This document shows, piece after piece, positions 40,906 through 50,979 of a stretch of 64,000 bases of DNA. This DNA is from Candidatus Poribacteria bacterium (GTDB lineage: Bacteria; Poribacteria; WGA-4E; WGA-3G). Position numbers and translations under genes: made by a program. Positions within the stretch are counted from its first letter, which is position 1; each line of letters starts with the position of its first letter. The stretch lies in the NCBI GenBank assembly GCA_965205025.1, contig CBDBFU010000014.1, positions 224,001 to 288,000 on the forward strand, in the 5' to 3' direction. The notes beneath the pieces were generated by a model. It was not told the DNA's origin and ran no database searches. It saw only the letters and a list, made by a program, of their open reading frames with translations.

Positions 40906-43900
40906 ATGAACAAAGAAGCAATCAAATCCGCATTAGCAGCTATCACAACTGATAATTTCTTAGACAACACAAATGTACTCTTAGCAACATTAGGATACAA
41001 AAGCGAAAAGACTGCAGACCTATTCGGTTCAGTTGACGAATTCATCAATGAATATGAGGCACCGAACCCAAACACAAAAACAGAACAGGAATTCCGCCAA
41101 CATGTCAAATCTGTGCAATTTGTATTTCAATATACGACCGACGAAATTGTTGACGATCCACAGCTAGAACTATTTGAGCCGGCATCCTTTGATAAAGGAA
41201 ATTACCATAGTTTTATTTTCTGCGCGGTTGAACTAAAAGACAATGACTATTCACGCACAAAATATGCAGAATTCACGAGAGAAATTAACAAACGACTTAT
41301 TACTCCCACCGTTGTCTTCTTTCGTGTAGAAAATAAGATAACAGTTGCATTTGCTGATCGCCGTCCAAACCTAACACCAATCGCTTGACGTACTCGGACA
41401 AGTCACCCTCATCAAGGACATCCGCCTGAACAACCCACACCGTGCACATCTTGACATCCTCTCCGAACTCTCACTTGAGGAATGCGTCGAGTGGATAGAC
41501 GAAAAGAAAAAACAGAAAAACTTCGACGGACTGCTGGCAGCATGGATCGCCAAATTAGATACAGAAGAACTTAACAAACAATTCTATCGGAAACTGTTTT
41601 CGTGGTATGAATGGGCAGTTGAGACAGCAAAATTCCCAACAGATGAGAATCGCATCATAGAGCCTGAGGAGCATGTGATACGTCTCATCACACGTCTACT
41701 CTTTATCTGGTTTATCAAGGAAAAAGGATTGATCGCCAATGAACTATTTAACAAAGCACAAATCCAAGACCTACTGAATGAGGATGACTTTGATAACGGT
41801 GACTCATACTATCGCGCCGTGCTACAAAACCTCTTTTTTGCGACACTAAACACTGAGATAGACAGACGTAAGTTTAGCAAGGAAAACTCAAACGGCCATC
41901 GAAACTTTTCAAAATATCGTTATAAAACACAGATGTCCGACCCCGATAAACTGTTGTCCCTATTTGCAGAAACCCCGTTTATCAACGGTGGCTTGTTCGA
42001 TTGCTTAGATAGTTTCAAAGCCACAGGTGAAGGCGGTTACAGAATTGACTGCTTCTCTGATAAGCAGTATAAGAAATTATCCATCCCCAACTGCCTCTTT
42101 TTTGACGAAAACCGAGGACTCCTACCACTACTTGAACACTACAAATTTACCGTTGAGGAAAACACACCGATAGATCAAGAAGTCGCACTTGACCCCGAAC
42201 TACTCGGCAGAGTGTTCGAAAACCTACTCGCCGCTATCAACCCAGAAACAGGAGAAACGGCACGCAAGATGACTGGTTCTTACTACACGCCACGCGCTAT
42301 CGTTGACTATATGGTGGAGGAGGCGTTGGTCGCTGCTTTATCTCAAAAATGCCAACCAACTGATGGCAATACGGAACTTTGGGATGAACGATTGCATTAC
42401 CTTTTTGACTATGCAAAGATGTGTGATGATGCAAGCGATTGGTTTGACAACAAAGAAACTGACGCAATTGTCAAAACTATCTCTAACCTCAAGATTTTGG
42501 ACCCAGCGGTCGGTTCGGGTGCGTTTCCGATGGGGGTACTGCATAAACTGACACTCGCACTCAGACGGCTTGATCCAGATAATATCCGTTGGGAAAAACT
42601 ACAAAAGGAACTCGCTGGAGAACGCGCAGCAGATGCTTTCAATACCCAAGACCAACAGGAACGCGATGATGAACTCACCGAAATCAGTGACACTTTTGAA
42701 CGTTACAGAGATTCTGACTTCGGACGGAAATTATACTTAATTCAAAATAGTATCTTCGGTGTGGACATCCAACCGATTGCGTGTCAAATCGCCAAACTCC
42801 GATTTTTTATCTCGCTCGCAATTGAGCAGGAATCGGACAGAAACACTGAGAACTTTGGCATCAAACCGTTGCCGAACTTAGAGACGCGATTTGTTGCTGC
42901 GAACACACTGATAGGTATAAATTTATCCGAAACAAAAGGACTGTTCCAAGCTGATACTGTGCAACAATTGCTAAAAGAAATTGATACAATTCGCGAAAGG
43001 TTTTTTCTTGCAAACAATCGCACGCAAAAACGTGACCTTGAAGAGCAGGAGGAAAATTGTCGCGAACAATTAGAAAAAGAATTGGAACGTCTGCGAACAG
43101 AATGGATTGAGAACCGACAAACAGAAATAGAAGCCAAAATTGCACCACTTCCCAACTCAGAACAACGGGAACAGTTACGCGAAAAAGAACAGAAAACGTT
43201 TGAAGCACGGAAAAAAGTGTTTGATGCTGACTTTGAAAATGCTCGCAAAATTGCACAATGGAAACCCTACGACCAGAATGCAAGAACAGATTGGTTTGAT
43301 CCCGAATGGATGTTTGGGGTTACGGATGGATTTGATGTTTTACTTGGAAATCCACCTTATATTAGTCATGATAAAATCCCAAAACAACTTAAAGCAAAAA
43401 TTAAGAATTATTACCAGTCATATCAACCATTTGCCGATTTATATTGTTATTTTATTGAGAAAGCTTTAGATCTACAGAGTGAGATCGGTGTTCTTAGCTT
43501 TATTACCTCAAATTCATACTTGAGAGCCGAGTATGGGGCACCGATCCGAAAATTGCTGCTAAGAAAAAATATATTGCTTCAAATGTTAAATGTTGAGGAT
43601 TCACAAGTTTTCGAAAGTGCAATTGTTAACGTTGCGATAATTATGTCTCGGCAACCGACAAATTCCATGGATAATTTTTGCCTTATTGTTAATTCACCAT
43701 TTTCAGGTAACAGTTTTGTAGACTTTGTGAAAACCAACGGTTTTAATTGTTCCCAAGATTACTTTAATTCAAAGTCGTGGAATCTTGCAGAACCAACACA
43801 TGTTGAACTTCAAAGGAAACTTGAAACATCAGGTAAAACCTTAGATCAGTTGGGTACAAAAATCAGATTAGGTATTGCCACAGGGAGCAATGACGCTTTT

Positions 43901-44593
43901 CTCATAGACGAAAATAAGAAAAGAGAGTTTTGTGAGAAAAATCATGTGAATGCTAAAATAATTAAGCCCGTTTTGAGAGGTAGAGATATTTCTCGCTATA
44001 TATACACCCTATCTGGACAGCATATTATACTTGCTAAAAATGGTGTTAATGTAAAGAAAGATTACCCCGATATATATGAACATTTAGAATCATTTGGAGA
44101 TAAATTCAAAAAACGTGGAGCGCAAGGACAACATTGGACTAATCTAAGGGCTTGTTCATTTTATGACGATTTCAAAAAGGAAAAGATTGTGTGGATTCCA
44201 TTGTCTGATATAGGGCGGTTTACTATCTGTAATGAAGAAGTTTATCTACTTAATTCTGCGTATTTTTTGTTACCACCTTCAGACATCAATTTAAAACTTT
44301 TGTTAGGTATTTTAAATTCAAGAGTAATTCGTTTTTATTTGGGAAACGTTGCAGTAACAAGTGGAATGGGAACGAGCCAATGGATAAACAATTATGTCAA
44401 AGAATTTCCTATTCCAACAGTTACTACTGAACAACAAACTGAAATCATTGAACTTGTGGATCAGATACTTGATGATAAACAAGCTAACCCCGATGCCAAC
44501 ACTTCCTCCCTTGAAAATGAGATTGATAAGCTGGTGTACGAATTGTATGATTTAACGGAAGATGAGATTGCCATTGTGGAGGGGAGTATCTAA
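40906..44593 (+). CDS. Type IIG/Eco57I-like m6A DNA methyltransferase with TaqI_C-like TRD; apparent frameshift at about 41370-41390
   Basis: PFINGGLF, GSYYTP, LDPAVGSGAF and GNPPY motifs; ORF 40906-41388 continues as DVLGQVTLIKDI in the frame of ORF 41675-44593. Confidence 0.9.
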
Positions 44594-44779
44594 ATCCCTG
44601 ATGCGGAAGATGAGAAGTCTGAAGTAAAGTCGTAGGTAGGTTTGTTATGATACATTGATATATACTCTTACATTTGATTGGCAAATCTACTTCGGAAATG
44701 TTATGATTAAATTGTTCTTCCTATCTCAACAATTGAGTAGAGAATGTTCTTGAGATTCATAACATAAGGAATTAATTTT

Positions 44780-46204
44780 ATGAGAAAAGGTAAATGCATT
44801 TACTGTAACCAAGAGAAAGAATTAAACGAAGAACATGCTTTTCCCAGATCTCTGCTACAGATAGCGGAAGGATCACCAGAATGGATCATTGATAGACATT
44901 TGTGTGAGGAGTGTAACGGAAAACTGAGCAAACTTGATAAAATACTAACAATGAGAGGTCCCATAGGACATACATGGAGTTTGATTAAGAGTGAATTAGG
45001 TCAGGAAAATGAAAATCAACAATCACTTCGTTATAATCAGAACTGTTATGGCCTTAAGCCTGATAGAATGATGGTGCCAGAACCTGTCTTGGAAAACCGT
45101 ATAGGTTTATTCAAATTATTAGTAGAGAACTGTGAAAACAAGGCATCTTCTAATTCAATCGAAAACTCACTTGATCCTGTGGTTCCGCAGATAATTTTAA
45201 CTTTATATGCAGAATGGCAACAACTTGAGGAGACGAGGGATGAAACAGTAGATAATTTTGATAGTTTAGATATTATTCCCTATACCGACAATGATTTTAA
45301 GGGATCAGTATACTGGATCGGGAATGGAAAAATAATGACACAGGCTTTAAGTGACTCTGTTATTTTGGTGCCGAGATTGTCGGTTCAAAACCATAATTTT
45401 GTGCTGTTTCCTCCTATTCTTCCACCAAACGCTACTGAGGATTTTCCTTTTCCCCATACCTATGTTTTTTCTCAAAAGGCTACAGAATATTTCTTTGATC
45501 AACCAAGAGATTTTCAGTCCAAATTTCTAAGAAATCTTGATTGGATTCGGAGTGATTTGACGATTATAAAAGATAGTAAAAATAAGAAACATGGTAAAGC
45601 AAAGTATTTCAGACAGTCTGTAAAAGCTGACCACATAACTGTTGTAGACAAACAAATATATCTCAAAGATAAAACATATGCTGATATTCCAAGACTCAAA
45701 ACACTACGAGGCAGATTTGCAACAGATGGCAACGCTAAATTATATATTGAGAGAGCCATTGCAAAAATAGGGTTTCACTGCTTTTTGTACCACTATTTTG
45801 ATGAGTTTAATGGACATGAACCCATATTTGATGATATTAAAACATTTATATTTAAGGAAAATACTCCTAATAATTTCGTTATTGAATACAAAGATGTAGC
45901 CGAAAATCCTATTTATTCTTCTAATACACACTTCCACAACATATCATTTTATCGAGATGGACAAAACATTGGTTGCCAAATAATTTTATTTACAGGACTT
46001 TGGAGGAAACCATTTTCCTTTTACATAACTTTGTCGGGTAAGATCAAAAATTGGAACGTTGAGTCTGATAAAACAGAACATATTCCTTTCTATCTGAGTA
46101 GTAAAAGTGACAGAAAGAGACGGGTATATCCTCCAAGCGACTCTGAGATAATACAAAAACCGAGTCTAAAAGATATGTTTATAGTTGGTATAACACGCTA
46201 TTGA
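44780..46204 (+). CDS. HNH endonuclease domain protein
   Basis: N-terminal CIYC...EEHAFP...LCEECN; RAIAKIGF motif in the C-terminal part. Confidence 0.75.
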   Translation: MRKGKCIYCNQEKELNEEHAFPRSLLQIAEGSPEWIIDRHLCEECNGKLSKLDKILTMRGPIGHTWSLIKSELGQENENQQSLRYNQNCYGLKPDRMMVPEPVLENRIGLFKLLVENCENKASSNSIENSLDPVVPQIILTLYAEWQQLEETRDETVDNFDSLDIIPYTDNDFKGSVYWIGNGKIMTQALSDSVILVPRLSVQNHNFVLFPPILPPNATEDFPFPHTYVFSQKATEYFFDQPRDFQSKFLRNLDWIRSDLTIIKDSKNKKHGKAKYFRQSVKADHITVVDKQIYLKDKTYADIPRLKTLRGRFATDGNAKLYIERAIAKIGFHCFLYHYFDEFNGHEPIFDDIKTFIFKENTPNNFVIEYKDVAENPIYSSNTHFHNISFYRDGQNIGCQIILFTGLWRKPFSFYITLSGKIKNWNVESDKTEHIPFYLSSKSDRKRRVYPPSDSEIIQKPSLKDMFIVGITRY

Positions 46205-46239
46205 TTGCTTGAAGAAGTTTTCCGCTATTAGATCAAATT

Positions 46240-47433
46240 ATGAGCACACAAACACAATCCGCAACCCAAAACGCGCTTAACAGAATTCTTGAACTAATCC
46301 GTGAGATAGTAGAGAAATCAGTTAATGGAAACTGCATTTATCGTGGTGAACCTGATCACTATGATAAAGTATCCTCGAATTTCTATAGGATGTATCCAGG
46401 TGGTTTTGACCCAGATGCCTCAACCAATTTAGAGGTCCTACGACAGGAAACTCTAAGAAATGCTCAGCAATACATCCAAGATGACACAATAGATGACTTT
46501 GGACTTTTAACTGAGCTGCAGCACTATGGCAGTCAAACCGACCTTATAGACTTCACAACAGACTATCATATTGCCCTTTTCTTCGCATGCAACGATTCTC
46601 ATGACAAAGATGGTAGGATTGTCGTGTTGAAAAGAACCGAGGATATTGATGAAAAATACAGAGTCCAACAACCTTTAAGACCTCTCAATCGCGTCAAGGC
46701 ACAAAAAAGTATATTCACTCAACCTCATAAGGGATTTATTGATCACAACGATTTAATCACTATTACTGTACCTGCCAATCTAAAACAGTGGATACTTATT
46801 TATCTACGGTTGTCCGAGAATATATCTACTCAAAGCCTCTACAACGATCTATACGGCTTCATCCAAGATAAACATGTACGTTACTCACGCGAAGCAAGTC
46901 TTCCACTTGTTTTGGCTGAACTACAATTAAAACACATTGCGGACAATAATCTATCGGTTGAAGAAAAACAATCTACATATCAAGAAGTAATAGAACATTA
47001 TATAGAAGCTTTACAATACTCACCGTATAATGTTAAGCTTTATGTGGATCAAGGTAAATGCTACTTAGATGTCAACCAATATGATTGTGCAATTGAAGCT
47101 TGTAGTAAAGCATTGCTCTTACATCCCAATTATTTTGAAGCTTATGTTTGTCGTGGTCTTGCTTTTTTCCATAAAAAGGATTACAGAAGTACTATAGAAG
47201 ACTTTGACTATATTATAGAAGCAAGTCCAGAGAATACTATGGTATACATCTTTAGAGGCATTGCATTTTTACACCTACAAGAATGGGAAAAAGCAAAATT
47301 AGACTTTGAGGCTGCCAAAGAGATGAGTGAAACTATTACCATTTTATTTCGTCAGGACTCTCAAAGCATTTTAGATTTTGAGCAGAAGTATAACGTTAGA
47401 CTACCCGCAGACATCGCTGCTCTAATAAAATAG
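46240..47433 (+). CDS. FRG domain + TPR protein
   Basis: IYRGE, LQHYGSQTDLIDFT..IALFFAC and NRVKAQKSIF motifs; C-terminal TPRs. Confidence 0.9.
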   Translation: MSTQTQSATQNALNRILELIREIVEKSVNGNCIYRGEPDHYDKVSSNFYRMYPGGFDPDASTNLEVLRQETLRNAQQYIQDDTIDDFGLLTELQHYGSQTDLIDFTTDYHIALFFACNDSHDKDGRIVVLKRTEDIDEKYRVQQPLRPLNRVKAQKSIFTQPHKGFIDHNDLITITVPANLKQWILIYLRLSENISTQSLYNDLYGFIQDKHVRYSREASLPLVLAELQLKHIADNNLSVEEKQSTYQEVIEHYIEALQYSPYNVKLYVDQGKCYLDVNQYDCAIEACSKALLLHPNYFEAYVCRGLAFFHKKDYRSTIEDFDYIIEASPENTMVYIFRGIAFLHLQEWEKAKLDFEAAKEMSETITILFRQDSQSILDFEQKYNVRLPADIAALIK

Positions 47434-47669
47434 CAGGGTAACAGTAAACGCTTGCCATAGCGAATTATCTGATGTTACAGATTATCAATCCGTGTCCTCT
47501 GTGTCCTCCGCAATTCAGACAACAAAGAACGCCGAACATGCAATACACCTCTCACACCAAACACAAACCAATGTCAAGGCTCTCACTTGTAAATGAGATT
47601 GATAAACTGGTCTATGCCTTATATTACCTCATTGATAAAGAAATTGCCGCTTTGGAGGGAATAGAATGA
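47401..47669 (+). repeat. Cassette junction repeat copy 1 (TPR-gene tail, linker, MTase-tail copy)
   Basis: GATGTTACAGATT..CAATCCGTG..ATTCAGACAACAAAGAAC..CACACCAAACACAAACCAATG, then AAATGAGATTGATAAACTGGT (NEIDKLVY) matching 44516-44590. Confidence 0.85.
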
Positions 47670-49042
47670 GCACTGAACAAACTGAGTTAAACAGAATCTT
47701 AGAAATAATCGCTGAAATAGGATATAAATCTGCTACCAGTGATTATATCTACCGCGGTGAACCAGAATGCTATCCGAAAGTTTCCTCAAATCTCTATCGT
47801 GAACTTGAAGATGCAAACCTTTTACATCCCCATCTTAAGATAGAAGATATCCAAAAAACAGAATTGGAAGACGCTAAAGGGTATGGGTACATCAAGAAAA
47901 CTGACGATTTTGATATTCTCAGCGAAATACAACACTTCGGTGGAAAAACAAACTTATTAGACTTTACGTGTGATTACAGGGTTGCTATTTTCTTTGCATG
48001 TGAACGATTCCCTTTCAATGATGGCAGGATTATCCTGCAAGACAAAAATGGAATAATAAAAGATTGCATTAGAACATCTCAGAATGTAGTGCAAGGAAGC
48101 CGTCCCGATGTGCAAAAAAGCATATTCGTTCAACCACCTGAAGGCTTTATAGAACCGGATAAGACAATCGTCATTCCAAATTCACTCAAACAGCCTATCC
48201 TGAAGTATCTTGAAGATGAATTTGACATATCTACTGAGCGAATCTATCCTGATCTTCATGGCTTTGTTAGTAGACAGAAGACACGCCTTGGGACATATAA
48301 GGAACTTGGTAAAGGAAATAAATGTAGAGAAAACGGGGATGCGGAAGATGACCTTACAAAAAAGAACAATCAATATGAAAAGGCAATTGGGCACTATACT
48401 AACGCAATACAACAGATGCCTGGAATTGCTTTAGCATATATCGGACGAGGGTTCGTTTATTCTTCAAAAGATGACCCCGATAACGCCCTTGCCGATTATG
48501 ACAAGGCATTAGAATTGGACCAAAATTCTAAGGAGGCATATAAAGGTCGTAGTGCCGTTTACCGCGCCAAAGATGAAATTGATAAGGCAATTGATGACGC
48601 TGTTAAGTTAGTAGAACTTGATCCATCTGATGCTGCTGCACATTGCGCTCTCTACCTTGCTTATTGGGATAAAAATGATTTTGAAAACGCATCTGTTAGC
48701 ATAAGTGAAGCAATCCATCTGAAACCAGATCAATCTGAATTCTACTTTTCGCGTGGTGATATTTACTTCACCAAAAGAGATTTTGACAATGCCATTAAAG
48801 ACTATAACAAAGCAATGGAACTAAACCTCAATTCTTCCAAAATCTATTATAACAGGGGTTTGGCTTATATCCTCCAGAGAGAATGGACCAAAGCAAAATA
48901 TGACCTGATTAAAGCGAGGGACTTGAAGATGGATATCACTGTTGAGTTTTCCAAATTTGGAAGTATTGAAAATCTTGAGCAAGAAATAGGTATCCAGTTA
49001 CCGCCAGACATTGTTGAAATGCTAACGCCTCCACAGTCATAG
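47666..49042 (+). CDS. FRG domain + TPR protein
   Basis: YIYRGE, IQHFGGKTNLLDFT and TPR motifs; ends LPPDIVEMLTPPQS. Confidence 0.9.
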   Translation: MSTEQTELNRILEIIAEIGYKSATSDYIYRGEPECYPKVSSNLYRELEDANLLHPHLKIEDIQKTELEDAKGYGYIKKTDDFDILSEIQHFGGKTNLLDFTCDYRVAIFFACERFPFNDGRIILQDKNGIIKDCIRTSQNVVQGSRPDVQKSIFVQPPEGFIEPDKTIVIPNSLKQPILKYLEDEFDISTERIYPDLHGFVSRQKTRLGTYKELGKGNKCRENGDAEDDLTKKNNQYEKAIGHYTNAIQQMPGIALAYIGRGFVYSSKDDPDNALADYDKALELDQNSKEAYKGRSAVYRAKDEIDKAIDDAVKLVELDPSDAAAHCALYLAYWDKNDFENASVSISEAIHLKPDQSEFYFSRGDIYFTKRDFDNAIKDYNKAMELNLNSSKIYYNRGLAYILQREWTKAKYDLIKARDLKMDITVEFSKFGSIENLEQEIGIQLPPDIVEMLTPPQS

Positions 49043-49068
49043 CAATATTAAAACTGTCTGATTGGATA

Positions 49069-49992
49069 TTGATGAAAATGGAAATGATTGATAGATTTCG
49101 TGGGCAGGAAGGAAATAAACGGCTTATTTCGGCATTACGCACACAAGCCATCTTTCATAACAACGAACCTTTAATAAAGGAAATAGCAGACCAAGCTGAA
49201 CTTTTGCAGTTTGAATCAGGAAAGGAATTAATAACTCAAGATAATGTGGATAATGATATCTATTTTATTTTATCTGGACGACTTTCTATCGTTGTTAATG
49301 GACGCGAAGTGGCAATTAGGAATTCTGGACAGTACGTAGGTGAAATGGCGTTGATTGATCCATCTGCTAAGCGTTCTGCCTCGGCTATTGCTATCGAACA
49401 AACGGTTGTTGCGAAAATCTCTGAGGCATCTTTCTATCCGTTAGCAAATAAATATCCAAAAGTCTGGCAGCTAACCGCGATAGAAATTTGTAATAGATTA
49501 CGCCAAAGGAATAGGTTAGTTGTTTCTAAAAATCCACGTCCAGTCTTGTTTATAGGTTCTTCATCGGAATCTCTTGAGGTAGCACGGGCAATTCGTTCTA
49601 ATTTTAATCACGATGATTTTGTTATAAATTTATGGACAGATAAAGTTTTTGGTCCTTCACGGTTTCCAATTGCCGAACTTGAAAAAATGGTTCAACAAGC
49701 CGATTTCGCAGTGTTAGTGCTGGGTCCTGACGATAAGGTAGAAAGTCGAAACGAGAAATCAGATGCACCGCGCGATAATGTAATTTTTGAGTTAGGACTA
49801 TTTATGGGAGCTTTATCACATGAACGAACCTTTATGGTTGTCCCTCGCGAGTGTGATATTAAAATTCCAACTGATTTGTTAGGTCTTATTCCTTTGAAGT
49901 ATAAATCAGATGACTCTAATAATCTTACTTCCTTATTAGGTGCGGTCTGTGATGAACTTCGGGATATAATTAACGAAATGGGTGTTAAATAA
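49069..49992 (+). CDS. pycTIR: Pycsar effector PycTIR (cNMP-binding domain + CAP12-type TIR)
   Basis: CNBD (VGEMALID...RSASA) fused to TIR (FIGSSSE...RDNVIFELGLF); adjacent to a cyclase. Confidence 0.9.
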   Translation: MMKMEMIDRFRGQEGNKRLISALRTQAIFHNNEPLIKEIADQAELLQFESGKELITQDNVDNDIYFILSGRLSIVVNGREVAIRNSGQYVGEMALIDPSAKRSASAIAIEQTVVAKISEASFYPLANKYPKVWQLTAIEICNRLRQRNRLVVSKNPRPVLFIGSSSESLEVARAIRSNFNHDDFVINLWTDKVFGPSRFPIAELEKMVQQADFAVLVLGPDDKVESRNEKSDAPRDNVIFELGLFMGALSHERTFMVVPRECDIKIPTDLLGLIPLKYKSDDSNNLTSLLGAVCDELRDIINEMGVK

Positions 49993-50013
49993 TTTTATAT
50001 AAGGAGAATTATA

Positions 50014-50709
50014 ATGAGTTTAGTTGACGATTATACTGAAGCAGTTAAGGAGATATTTGAGGAAGAATGGGAGACTCGTGAGGGGCAAAAAGTTCCAGAA
50101 TCTGAAGATTTGAAGTTAAGTAACGATGCCGTGGAGTTAGATGGGACAGTGCTTTATGCAGACCTTGATGATTCTACAAACCTTGTGGATAATTACGATC
50201 CAGAATTTGCAGCTGAAATATATAAAGCGTATCTTAATTGTGCTGCTAAGGTGATACGGTCTGAGGGCGGTGAAATTACTTCTTACGATGGTGATCGTAT
50301 CATGGCAGTGTATATTGGCGATGAAAAAGATGATTCTGCTGCTCGTTCAGCATTGAAAATAAACTACACAGTTAAGAAGATCATCAATCCTCTCTTAGAA
50401 GAACATTATCCTGATGAGGATTATCGTGTAAAACAGGTCGTGGGTATTGACACCAGCGAGTTATTTATAGCACGCACTGGAATACGTGGATCAAATGATC
50501 TTGTTTGGGTTGGACGTGCCGCGAACTACGCAGCGAAATTATGTTCACTTTCACCTAATTATCCCTCACGACTGACCAAAGCGGTATACGATAACTTGGA
50601 TAACTCAGTTAAGTATTCAAGTGAAGGGAAGCTTATGTGGGGGGCTGCAAAATGGACAGATATGAATAACATGAAAATTTATCGATCAACTTGGCGGCGG
50701 AAAGTATAG
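50014..50709 (+). CDS. pycC: Pycsar pyrimidine nucleotide cyclase PycC (probable uridylate cyclase)
   Basis: LYADLDDST, YDGDR, VGIDTS and GIRGSNDLVWVGRAANYAAKL motifs; resembles TIR-associated PycC such as that of Burkholderia cepacia. Confidence 0.9.
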   Translation: MSLVDDYTEAVKEIFEEEWETREGQKVPESEDLKLSNDAVELDGTVLYADLDDSTNLVDNYDPEFAAEIYKAYLNCAAKVIRSEGGEITSYDGDRIMAVYIGDEKDDSAARSALKINYTVKKIINPLLEEHYPDEDYRVKQVVGIDTSELFIARTGIRGSNDLVWVGRAANYAAKLCSLSPNYPSRLTKAVYDNLDNSVKYSSEGKLMWGAAKWTDMNNMKIYRSTWRRKV

Positions 50710-50774
50710 GTAAGTTATGCTATTGACTAATTGGAAAATCGAGAGACTATTTGAATCGCTTATGGAGCAAGGAT

Positions 50775-50979
50775 TGTAGATTTTCAATCAGTGTTAATCT
50801 GCGTAATCCGCGTCAATCCGCGATTCTGATAACAAAGTACCTCGAATATACAATACACCCTCACACCAAAACACAGACCAATGTAAAGACTTACACCTGA
50901 AAATGAGATTGTTACGCTCGTATACGCATTGTATAATTTAACAGTAAAGAAAATTGCGATTGTGGAGAAAAAAGAATGA
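50775..50979 (+). repeat. Cassette junction repeat copy 2 (3' part)
   Basis: AATC.GTG/CGT 9-mers, CACCCTCACACCAAAACACAGACCAATG, then GAAAATGAGATTG...TTTAAC...GAAAATTGCGATTGTGGA (MTase tail). Confidence 0.85.

Noticed and set aside
37522-44593. DISARM or BREX system
   Set aside because: No DrmA/DrmB(DUF1998), BrxC, PglZ or BrxL homologs are recognisable
47472-47669. 65 aa ORF as a real gene
   Set aside because: It is the junction repeat read through the MTase-tail copy; the frame is not preserved in other copies
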